DNA of 64,000 nt from Octopus sinensis (Eukaryota): the NCBI RefSeq assembly GCF_006345805.1, contig NC_043009.1, positions 57,040,001 through 57,104,000 of the forward strand, in the 5' to 3' direction. Below, piece by piece: positions 13,099 through 24,850 of the stretch. Both the position numbers and the translations under genes were made by a program. The notes beneath the pieces were generated by a model. It saw only the letters and a list, made by a program, of their open reading frames with translations, did not search any database and was not told the DNA's origin. Every line of letters starts with the position of its first letter. Position 1 is the stretch's first letter.

Positions 13099-14682
13099 CA
13101 ATCGTATGGTCATGAGTTCAATTCCTGGCAGTGCATTGTATCCTTAAGACACTTTACTTCACATTGCTCCAGTCCATTCAGCTGGCAAAAATGAGCTGCA
13201 CCAGTAATTCAAAAGGGACAGCCTTGTCACTTTCTGTGTCTCACTGAATTTCCCTGAGAACTCTGCTAAGGGTATGCGTCTGTGGAGTGCTCAGCCACTT
13301 GCATGTTAATTTTGCAAGGGGGCAGTTCTGTTGATCAAATGAACTAGAACACTTGTTGTCATGAATAAGCCAGAACACTTGTCAAAGAGCCAGGCTGAAA
13401 CATATTTCCATTTTGTATCATACACAGGTGGCTATTTAAATCTATTTCTATTGCACATAATGGATTTTATTCAGCTAGACAGCTAATTTTAACATCAGTG
13501 ATTGTTCAGTCTCTACTTTTCTACACCAGTCATGAAGGATTCTGCATAGCATGCAGCTCACTTGGGTACATACTACTAACCAAGCCCAAAGACAGAGAGA
13601 AATCTACATCTAGCAATCTCACTACTGCTGCTGGTATATTTACAGTTTTAAATACAGCATGTCCATAACAGATGTTATCGCTGGACAAATACCACAGTTA
13701 ATGTATTATACATCAAGTATAATACACAGATGCTATTTTAGTCTAATACAGCTTCTGTTATACATAATGGATTTTTATTCTGACCAAATCCCTGTAGCTG
13801 TATCCAACTGAACTCACTTTTGTCTAATACATGGTTATTTACGCTACATCACACAAGCATTTGTGACCAATATCATTTAATGTCCACTATAGCTTAGCAT
13901 TAGGAAGGGCATCCAGCAGCAGACTCCATGTCACAACAGACAGTTGGAGTTTGGACAGCTCCAATGCTAGCCAGTTCCATGTCAAACTGTCCAACCCATG
14001 CCAGCACAGAAAGCAGACATTAAGTAATGCTGATGCTGCTGCTGATGATGATGATGATATTCCAAGCCTGCAGGAGTCAGGTTTTCTATGGCTGGATGTC
14101 CTTCCTGTTGCCAACCCTCACTCATTTCCAGACAAAGCAAAGTAATATTTCTCCATGGCCAGACATGCTTTACACAGAAGACTGGAAATGAACAACACCA
14201 CTTGTACCCCATCTGGTGCTCATTTACAATCATCATATGATGTCAAGACAAGCATATACAGTAACACCCACACACACACGATGGGCTTCTGTTTACCAAA
14301 TCTGCTCACAAGACAAAGTAATAACACCCCCACCACATCACCGTCATTATAGATTAACTAATAACACACACACACAAACAAACACCAGCTGCTCATAGTC
14401 TTCTCGGCTCATTAAATGTGTTGTCACCTCTTCTCAACAGCTGCTTCTGTTGATTTTAAAATTAAAAGTTGGTAAATAAATCGACATTGTTTGGTCATTG
14501 GTTTAACTGGCCAAACAAAACAGAATAGCTTTACTGAGCTTGGCCTTTTATACCAGTAGTTCTCAACCACAGCTACCAGGGATGGATGCAGTCCCTGAGC
14601 ATCCTTCTAGCAGCTCCTAACAGTTTTCCCTCCATAGTGGCATGTAAAAAAAAAAAAAAAAAAAAAAAAATCAACCTTTGAA

Positions 14683-15650
14683 TGTTGGGCCTCACGGAGG
14701 CAAAGTGGCCGAGTTCATTTCAAAGCATTGGGCCACATGGAGGCAAAGTGGCTGAGTTCATTTCAAGTGTTGGGCCTCACGGAGGCAAAGTGGCTGAGTT
14801 CATTTCAAGCAATGGGCCTCACGGAGGCAAAGTGGCTGAGTTCATTTCAAGCATTGGGCCTCACGGAGGCAAAGTGGCTGAGTTCATTTCAAGCAATGGG
14901 CCTCACGGAGGCAAAGTGGCTGAGTTCATTTCAAGCATTGGGCCTCACGGAGGCAAAGTGGCTGAGTTCATTTCAAGCATTGGGCCTCACGGAGGCAAAG
15001 TGGCTGAGTTCATTTCAAGCATTGGCCTCACGGAGGCAAAGTGGCTGAGTTCATTTCAAGCATTGGGCTCACGGAGGCAAAGTGGCTGAGTTCATTTCAA
15101 GCGTGGGCCTCACGGAGGCAAAGTGGCTGAGTTCATTTCAAGCATTGGGCCTCACGGAGGCAAAGTGGCTGAGTTCATTTCAAGCGTTGGGCCTCACGGA
15201 GGCAAAGTGGCTGAGTTCATTTCAAGCATTGGGCCTCACGGAGGCAAAGTGGCTGAGTTCATTTCAAGCATTGGGCCTCACGGAGGCAAAGTGGCTGAGT
15301 TCATTTCAAGCGTTGGGCCTCACGGAGGCAAAGTGGCTGAGTTCATTTCAAGCGTTGGGCTCACGGAGGCAAAGTGGCTGAGTTCATTTCAAGCATTGGG
15401 CCTCATGGAAGCAAAGTGGCTGAGTTCATTTCAAGCGTTGGGCCTCACGGAGGCAAAGTGGCTGAGTTCATTTCAAGCATTGGGCCTCACGGAGGCAAAG
15501 TGGCTGAGTTCATTTCAAGCATCAGGTCTCATGAAGGCATAGTGGATGAGTTCCTTTTGAGCGTTGGGTCCGACAGAGGCAAAGTGGCTGACTTTTTTTT
15601 GAGTGTTGGGCCTCATGGAGGAAAAGTGGCAGAGTTCCTTTCGAGTGGAG
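14683..15650 (+). repeat. 42-bp minisatellite, about 20 near-identical units plus about 3 degenerate units
   Basis: Unit gc(a/g)ttgggcctcacggaggcaaagtggctgagttcatttcaa; occasional 41-bp units shift the frame; runs directly into the family C/RTE 3' fragment. Confidence 0.95.
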
Positions 15651-16133
15651 GCAATGACCAAGACCTTTGGCATTATGTCATGCTGAAGAAGAAGACCCAT
15701 TAAGCCAAGCAAAATCGCAGTCGTGGCAGATACCGGTGTCACACAAATGGCACCCATGCCGGTGGCATGTAAAAGCACCCATTACTCTCTTGGAGTGATT
15801 GGTGCCAGGAAGGGTATGCAGCTGGAGAAAACCATGTCAAATCAGACTGGAGCCCGGCACAGCCTTCCAGTGTGCCAGCCCAATCAAACTGTCCAACCCA
15901 TACCAGCATAAGCAATGGACGGTAAATGATACTCTTACTCTTTACTTGTTTGTCATTTCACTGCGGCCATGCTGGAGCACTGCCTTTAGTCAAGCAAATC
16001 GATCCCAGGACTTATTCTTTGGAAGCCTAGTACTTATTCTATCGGTCTCTTTTGCCAAACTGCTAAGTTACAGGGATGTAAACACACCAGCATCAGTTGC
16101 CAAGCGATATTGGGAAGACAAATACAGACACAA

Positions 16134-16176
<43 letters not shown>

Positions 16177-17100
16177 CAATAGGCTCCTTTCAGTTTCCAT
16201 CTACTAAATCCACTCACACAGCTTTGGTCGGCCCGAAGCTATAGAAGACACTTGCCCAAGGAGCCATGCAGTAGGACTGAACCTACTGAAACCGTGTGGT
16301 TGGTAAGCAAGCTACTTACCACACAGCCACTCCTGCGCCTATGTGATTTATGATGAAATATAGATTCCTCTTCAACTGATTTGTATTTTACTTGTTTTGG
16401 TGTGCCCCCACCCCTTAAAAATTCCAGGTTTGGATCTGATTCGGATACACACCCTCGTGTGTGTATTAGGAGTTTCATAGTCACCATTGCAGCTGTCCAT
16501 GTCATGTCTTACAGCTGTTACAGTGTTCACAAAGCATTGAGCAGTAGTTATGATGTTAGTATTTTGATCACCATGATACAGGTAGCTCTTCTCCAATATT
16601 CAGATGGCTTCCAGTCTCCCATGTCCACTAGCTTTCTCTCAACTACATCTTTATGCTCCCCGATGCTATAGATTCATCGCAAATATATCAAGCTGTTCCC
16701 AGGAAAAAAGGAGACCTAAAAAAGAAGTCATCAAATTTAGCCCAACCACCCTATACATCTCTATGTAGCTGTCCTAACTATATATAGCCTGGATGTGTAT
16801 GTTCTTATATATGACCTCTGTGTATGTCAGTATGTATACATACAGACCAGTGTGAGCACACATGCTCATGCATCAGTGCCCATACATACACACACGTGTG
16901 TGTAGTGTACTTACATCCATACACAGGTACACCCTATGTACATCTATACGTGCATATAGTGTATATTTAAACACATAGAGAATCCACTTATAGGGATTCT
17001 ACGCATTATAAAGAACAGCTAAGTTCTATTACCACAAACAATCTGGGACAAAATTCGACAGGAATAAATTTGGAAATGAAAAACATTTACCATCTAGTTT

Positions 17101-17174
17101 CCTGGACCAATTGGTTTCTGATCATCTTTTAGCGAGTCATGGAGAACTCACAAGGTTTGATTTTCTTCAGCAGG
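17101..17174 (-). ncRNA. Type I hammerhead ribozyme, CUGAAGA core, extended stem II
   Basis: Minus strand: CCUG-CUGAAGA-[aaAUCA..GUGAGU/ACUCGC..UGAUca]-GAAA-CCAAUUG-GUC-CAGG. Stem I CCUG/CAGG; stem III palindrome ACCAAUUGGU; GUC cleavage triplet. Confidence 0.7.
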
Positions 17175-17488
17175 TCCAACCTAGTGCTAAACATATCCAC
17201 ACGAGACAGAACAAGGCTACCTGTCTCGTGTTTATACGAGCTAACTTTTCAAATTTACTATGCAGACGCAGTCCTTCGCTGGCTACAATAAAACCGCCAA
17301 ACTTATTAACCGAAAATTATCCAAAAACTATGACATATATCACTGTATGTGTGTGTTATGTCTATGTCCTTATATACACCTCTGTAAGAGAGAGAGTGTA
17401 TGTGTGCACAAGTGTGTATGTTTATGGCTCCATACATACACACCTCTATACATTTGTGTGTATGTATCTGTTTGTATGTACAAGTTGG

Positions 17489-17693
17489 TAAGAGGGTTGA
17501 AAAGTTCCTGGCTCAGAGTAAAAGAAAATACAGAAGGGCCAGTTAATTATGATTTTATTCAACATATTCCCCTCTCAGATTCACACACTTACTGCAGCAG
17601 ATCCTTCAGTCTTTCTAAGCTCAGTAAAGGAACTCAGAAGGTTGGGCCTTCATAATAACCTTAAACGCAGGAACTTTTCAGCAACCCCTCATA
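17489..17693. mobile_element. Mariner-type MITE
   Basis: TIRs gagggttgaaaagttcctg / caggaacttttcagcaacccctcaTA. Confidence 0.65.
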
Positions 17694-17699
17694 TATATA

Positions 17700-17961
17700 C
17701 AGTAATCCCTCGACTATCGCAGGTGTTACGTTCCAAAACCCCCACGACAGGTGAAAATCTGATGTAGAAACAGTACTAAACTGTATATTTTGTTTTATTA
17801 TTTTTATAATTTCTATATATTTATTGTATTATAAATGCAAAACAACACCATGGAGGAGTCGATATAAACTTAAATAATAAACCGCGATAAGGGAACCATG
17901 ATAGGGGAACCGCAATAGGGGAACCACAATAAGGGAACCGTGATAGGGGAAGGGATTACTG
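17700..17961. mobile_element. Tigger/pogo-type MITE with five tandem ~16-bp subterminal repeats
   Basis: TA|cagtaatccctcgactatcgc ... gatagggggaagggattactg|TA; aaccgcgataggg(g)-like unit repeated at ~17880-17950. Confidence 0.75.
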
Positions 17962-19542
17962 TATATGCAAGCACATACGTCTGTGCATTCTTGAAGTGGT
18001 ACTTGTAGCATTGGTAGGGATAACAGTGGTGGTTGCAGTTGTAGTAGTGACTGTGATGATTGCTGAGGTGGTGGTTGTGGTAGTAGCTGTACCAGTTGCA
18101 GTGGTGGTCATTGCCATTATAGTAGAAACAGTGATAGTATGAGTGCATCTTTGTGGATATCTACTCACGTATATACACACACCTATATTAATATATGTGA
18201 GTAGATATCTACAAATGCAGCTGCATGTGTATTCATGCATACCACATGTTTGTTTGTTTGTTTCATGTGTGTAAACAAGTTTCTATAACTTCTTACATAC
18301 AAGTGAAGGCTATTCAGTGTCAGTGTCATTGACGTCATTGCCACCATCATCATCATTGTTGTCATTGTCTTCATTTTATGTCTGCTTTCCAAGCTGACTT
18401 GGGCTGAAAAGGCCATCACACTCTAAGTCGGTTGTTTATCAGTGTTACTACCCTTCTTGATAGTTCAGAGGAGCATAGAGAACCATGCCTCCCTCGTTCA
18501 TTCCATTTTCATTATACCCCTCCACTCTACCTCACATGCTCCATGCCTTCTCAAATCTACCATACCCTCCCCCGGCCACTCCAATTTCCCTCACCATAAC
18601 TGCTAAAATGACCTCTTCTCTGTCCCTAATCATCATCATCATTGTTCGACTGTGGTCGAGACAATGGAATTTACCATGCTACGCCAGACTTCACGGTCCA
18701 TCATGGCATTATGGAGGTCCTGTTGCTAAACATTTCCCCACACAGTCTTATGAAACATACCCCACAATCCCCTTCTGTATCACTTATATTCTCCTACTCC
18801 CAATGTTCCCTGTGGGTCCTGATGCATCTCCCACAATATCTATTTCTCCACTCTCTATCTCTCCTCTTTTCCTACTGCGGTAGCCAAGTATCTCTTCTAC
18901 TGTAAGACTCCTACCTCCATCCTTCTATTATTTGTGCCTCTCACCTGGCACAAAACCTCCTCCCTCAGTACCACACCCCCTCCCTCACGAGTCCCTTGGC
19001 AACTGTGCTAGTGTTGGTGCTGCATAAAAAGCACCCTGTACATTCTGTAAAGTGGTTGGCATTGGGAAGGGCATCCAGCTGTAGAAACCATACCAGACCA
19101 GACAATGGAGCATGATGCAGCTCTCCAGCTTGCCGACTCCTATCAAGCCGTCCAACCATTGCCAGCATGGAGGATGGACATATTATGCTGACTGACATCC
19201 TCCAGGTCAACTTCTCTCCTACAGACTACATTGGTTTCCTCCTATATCCAGTTTTACCCTCAACTAATTTGTACTCCATCATTCATGCACAATTTCTCAA
19301 CCATTTTACTCTTGTGTAAGACATAAAATAAATTACATGTCTCAAGGAACCCCTGCACAAAAAAAGAATTATATGCCATATCTTTCTCATATTTTTTCAT
19401 TGTAGTTCACAATATATAAATATATATATGTATGTATATAATTAATAATATCAAGGGTAATAAGAAATATTAGAAATTTCTACTACCAGTGGCCTAATGT
19501 GTAAAAATTTAGTCAATAGACTATATATTATTCATATAAATA

Positions 19543-19700
19543 CAGTGTACATTTAAACACTTAAGAGGCATCCATCACAGGACTCCTTGCACGCTAGAAA
19601 GAACAGTTAAGTTCCAAACCACTATTAGGGATAAAACTGTTCTTTATAGCATGCAAGGAGTCCTATGATGGATGCCTCTTATGTGTCTAAATGTACACTA
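19543..19700. repeat. Long inverted repeat (about 66-bp arms, 26-bp spacer)
   Basis: Left arm 19543-19608 cagtgtacatttaaacacttaagaggcatccatc...gaacagtt; right arm 19635-19700 is its near-perfect reverse complement; the arm is homologous to ~16960-17025. Confidence 0.9.
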
Positions 19701-20687
19701 TATATATATATATATATATATATACATACATACATACACACACACACAAACTCACTCACACATATATACACACTCTTTTACGCGTTTCAGTTATTTGAAT
19801 GCAGCCATGCTGGAGCACTACCTTTAGTCGAGCAAATCAACCCCAGGACTTATTCTTTGTAAGCCTAGTACTTAGTCTATCAGTCTCTTTTGCCAAACCG
19901 CTAAGTTATGGGGACGTAAACACACCAGCATCAGTTTGCAAGTGATGTTGGGGGGACAAACACAGACACACAAACATATATATATATATATATACGATGG
20001 GCTTCTTTCAGTTTCTGTCTACCAAATCTACTCATATGTATAAATATATTACGATCATTAAAATTAGCATTAGTTTATCTCACTCTTTCTCGTGGAACCC
20101 TAGGGTTCCGGGGAAACCCTTGAGTTCTGAGGAACCCCGGTTGAGAAAAGCTGATGTACACTAATGATACATATCAGCAAAACAGGCTTACTTCAATATT
20201 TCAAGTTTCCTGCAATGCTCTGAATATTAGGGGGCAGTCTCAAAAATTTTTAGTGGTGATATATAATTAGAGCCCTGCGCATGTCTATGTTTCGATTCCT
20301 ACTTTGCCCCCTCTCTATTCCTCATCCCCTAACATAAAGTTGTTCCCTCGGCACTTGTAAACTTGCAAACCGCATGGCACCCAAACTAGTGCCAGTGGCA
20401 CACAAAAAATTAAAAGCACTCAATACACATTGTAAAGTGGTTGGCATTGGGAAGGGCATCCAGCCATAGAAACCATGCCAAAGCAGACGATAGAGCATGA
20501 TGCCATCCTTAGGCCCATTGAATCTTGTCATACCATCCAACCCATGCTAACACAGAACATGGATGTTAAATGATGATGATGATGATTTTCTGTTTTCCTC
20601 TTCATTTTCTTACTCCTTCTTTTTGTAAGTTGCTGGTTTTTACTTTGCTGAATTATTTCAAATAAATTTTCCTTCTCATCCAATATA

Positions 20688-21238
20688 TTGGGTTGTCTAG
20701 AAAGTTTGTGCTGATTTATAGTAGCTTACCTTTCGATTTATTTTAGAACATGTTTGAATCCATAAAATAGGATTTGACTACACCTCCATTTAGAGCACAG
20801 TTTAAGCTGTCTTTTCGTGGAAGAAGGTTTATGTTCCTATAACCTGTGTTAATTCTGTAACCCTTTAAAATGGAAGATAAGAAAGTTCATTTTCGGCACT
20901 TGATACTTTGGGAACTAGACAAACATTGCTGCAGTTCGGCTGGGATGTGTTACCCCATCCTCCATATTCACCAGATATTGCTCCTTCGGACTTCCACTTA
21001 TTCAGGTCTCTGCAGAATTGTTTTAATGGTAAAAATTTCAATTCCTTGGATGATGTAAAAAGATACCTTGATGAATTCTTTGCCATGAAACCATGGAAGA
21101 GGGTATTTTCAAGTTAAAGGAAAGATGGAGACACATTGTGCAACAAAATGGTTCATATTTGGTTGATTAAAACTGTAATGGCAAGTTTGACCATTTTCTT
21201 TCCTTTAAAAATCGGCACAAACTTTCCGGACAACCCAA
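20688..21238 (+). mobile_element. Internally deleted mariner element
   Basis: TIRs ttgggttgtc(ta/cg)gaaagtttgtgc(t/c)gattt with TA on both sides; N-terminal MEDKKVHFRHL fused to C-terminal GWDVLPHPPYSPDIAPSDFHLFRSL (mariner YSPDxAPxD motif). Confidence 0.92.
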
Positions 21239-22073
21239 TATATAAATGTGTGTGTGTGTGTGTGTGGTATATTTTAATTGTGCATTAAACCATAAAAGAA
21301 CGAAAAAAGTTCCCAGCTGCTTTTCTTTTATATTATCCTTTTCTTATACTTTACAGGTTTACCTGCAACAAGCAGCACATCAAACTTTATTAAACTAGGC
21401 CAGCAGAAAATATCAGAGATCAGATCTTTATACATATCAATAGTCATTGAACACCTGAGTTTTACTATATCCAAACAAAGATCGCTGGTCGGTGCGAGGT
21501 GACATGATGAGATACTGTTAGTGTCCACAATGCTCTTTTACTTGTTTCTGTCATTTGACTGCAGCCATGCTGGAGCACTGCCCTTCAGTCAAACAAATCG
21601 ATCCCACATGCCTACATTTTCACTAACTGATCTTTAAACATTAAACTTTCATGAGACTGACATCCCTTCTTGACTAATCTATGTGAAGAATGGAGTTTTT
21701 CTTGAAAGAATTACTGGGCCCTTCTCAAATACTTTATATGACTACATGCAAGCACGTGTGTGTGTGTGTGTATATACATATCATCCGAACGTGGCTGTTG
21801 CCAGTGCCGCCCCGACTGGCTTCCGTGCTGGTGGCACGTTAAAAGCACCATCCGATTGTGGTCGTTGCCAGCCTCGCCTGGCCTCCGTGCCGGTGGCACG
21901 TAAAGAGCACCATCCGATCGTTAGGAAGGGCATCCAGCCGTAGAAACATTGCCAGATCAGACTGGGCCTGGTGCAGCCATCTGGCTTCCCAGACCTCAGT
22001 TGCACTGTCCAACCCATGCCAGCATGGAAAGCGGACGCTAAACGATGATGATTCATATATATAGAGAGAGATA

Positions 22074-22074
<1 letters not shown>

Positions 22075-22127
<53 letters not shown>

Positions 22128-22145
22128 CATTCATATATATAGAGA

Positions 22146-22191
<46 letters not shown>

Positions 22192-22217
22192 TCATATATA
22201 TAGAGAGATATATGTGT

Positions 22218-22253
<36 letters not shown>

Positions 22254-22273
22254 CATTCATATATATAGAGAGA

Positions 22274-22323
<50 letters not shown>

Positions 22324-22343
22324 CATTCATATATATAGAGAGA

Positions 22344-22392
<49 letters not shown>

Positions 22393-22411
22393 CATTCATA
22401 TATATAGAGAG

Positions 22412-22459
<48 letters not shown>

Positions 22460-22476
22460 TCATATATATAGAGAGA

Positions 22477-22541
<65 letters not shown>

Positions 22542-22641
22542 TCATATACAGAGATGTGGATATATATATATACATATTTATACATTCATATACAGAGATG
22601 TGGATATATATATATATATATTTATACATTCATATACAGAG

Positions 22642-22680
<39 letters not shown>
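22075..22680. repeat. (TA)n compound microsatellite with higher-order units
   Basis: Recurring tatacattcatatatatagagagatatatgtg blocks separated by variable (TA)n. Confidence 0.9.
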
Positions 22681-22682
<2 letters not shown>

Positions 22683-23399
22683 TATGGGGGAGGGCAAAAT
22701 TAGTGACCGGGGTAAAATGAGTAATTCCTGATTTCTTGTTATTTTGTCCCTGTCTGTTTGAAATCATTACACTGCAAGCATTGTATCATCTTTAGAGGCA
22801 AAAACTGGTCAGCATAGTTGTTGTTGTTGAAGTTAAGGGAGTCGAAAGCATAGTGAGGTAACAAGTACTTTTCAAGAATTTTCCTTAAACTTTGACCCAA
22901 TTATAAGTGAGGTTACTAATAAAATATATGGATAATTTTTGGTGTTTAACAATCGATATTCTCTCTTCTGTTCGATTCCAAGTCAATTTTTACCCACGCC
23001 AATGTCAAATTTGATCATTTTCAAGTTTCAGAAAATGATGTCTAAAATGGGGTAAAATGAGTAATGACTAATTTCAATAAATTCTCTTTAATTTCATGGT
23101 GTGAAAAATATATCACTAATGGAGACACTCCAGCAGATCGTGAAAATGCTATAGAAAATATTTTATGTTGATTCTTTTTATTTATTTAGTCAAGTTTCGT
23201 TAATTTCATATGTGCCATTTTACCCCCGACCCTCTTTCATTAGATCTTGATATTTAAGTTTTTATTTGTATTTCCGATCTTTTTGATGTCTACGGATGGA
23301 TACTGATGTGTACGAATCCGTTTTCAAGTGTAATTCTGGAAAACTGAAGCAGCGAATTTACTCATTTTGCCCCAGCCAAATTTGTCTTTTATGTGCTCA

Positions 23400-23964
23400 A
23401 AGGAGAACGGCGATAATTTTCTGAAATAGTGTTTAGATTATAATATTTTTAATGCATTTAGGGAAGGCCACTTGCTTAGCTGATAGATTTTGTAAAGTAG
23501 GGGTCATTTGTAAAAACTATGTTTTGTCGTAAAAGTTTAAAAAAAAAATAAAAAGGCAGTAAAAACTCCATCTCCTTATATAATGATATACTTGAAGCCG
23601 AAACCCCAACTAATATAAACGGGAATCTTATTACATACTTAACACACACACACACACATACACGAGAGGTGACAGTGCGACCAGTCCATAGGTTCAGACC
23701 TGGGAAATCCAAAGAGGTGACCCGTGAATTTTTTGTTTTTGTTTTTTTGAGGGGGGGGGGAGCAAGGAGGACCCCCCCCGGAGTCTCTTTCCAGTTGGGG
23801 AGGAGATAAAGCAAACACGTTCGCCTCTGCAAAAGTTCTTTCGTGTTAATATTAGTAAAATTAAGCATACACGTATACTGGAAAACGGAAATAATATAAA
23901 AAAATAAAGCAATGGACCGTGCGGTAGTGTTAAACTCTTCACAGAATACACAGGATTGTTTGTT

Positions 23965-24025
<61 letters not shown>

Positions 24026-24796
24026 GGTAATTACACACATCTTTTTAAAGTATTTAAATGTTAAAACAAATATATTTAATGAACATGTGGTCTGTAAACA
24101 TATGCATGGGTTTAGAAGTATATACCCATATATATATATATATATACTAAGCAATAAAGGGTTTAGCAACGAATTGCCTTACCACATACCGAATTTAGAA
24201 ATAGCAGTCAAAGGGTTTTAGCTATTTCTTCTACTAAAAAGGAGATCTCAGTAAAAACAGCAATTTTTATATATATATATATAGGCGGAGGTAAAGGACG
24301 TGGACCACGCGCCCTTTCGGTTTTTCTTTTTGTTTTTTCTTCTACAAAAAACCCACTTTTTCGTTGCAGAGATTCCGAATCTGAAAAAAAAAATCGGCTT
24401 TTCAAAATTTTAATTTCTTCCTCCACCCCCACCCCCAATTTATCACTTTTTTTTTTTAGAAATTGCATTTTGGCGAAATACGTAGAAAAATACGGAGACT
24501 ATGATTCTGAAAACAAATTTCGTAAAATTTCAAATTTTTCAAAAATAAATAACCTCCCCTCCACTCTGCCAGCGCATCTGTGACAGAAAGTGAACATGTT
24601 GTTGAGGGTCTTTTGGAATTAAGAGAGATATGCAAAAATTATTTTGCACACACACGACAACTAAATCACATTTAAATTTTTTTTTCTTTTTCGGTAATTC
24701 GTATTTAGAAAGTGGATCTTCGGTTTGGCTATTGTTTCTAGCTTGTCGGACTTATCCGGTTGGAGCGTGGGTGTATGTACATGTGTGTGTGTATGT

Positions 24797-24850
<54 letters not shown>

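Noticed and set aside
14683-15650. CRISPR-like array, or a repeat protein (GPHGGKVAEFISS)n
   Set aside because: Units are contiguous with no unique spacers, no cas genes are present and the context is eukaryotic; 41-bp units break the frame and there are no splice signals.
22073-22731. Long YI/IY ORFs (also 23.7-24.2, 25.7-26.2, 42.7-43.2 and 59.8-60.5 kb)
   Set aside because: Translations of (TA)n/(TG)n microsatellites, which lack stop codons.
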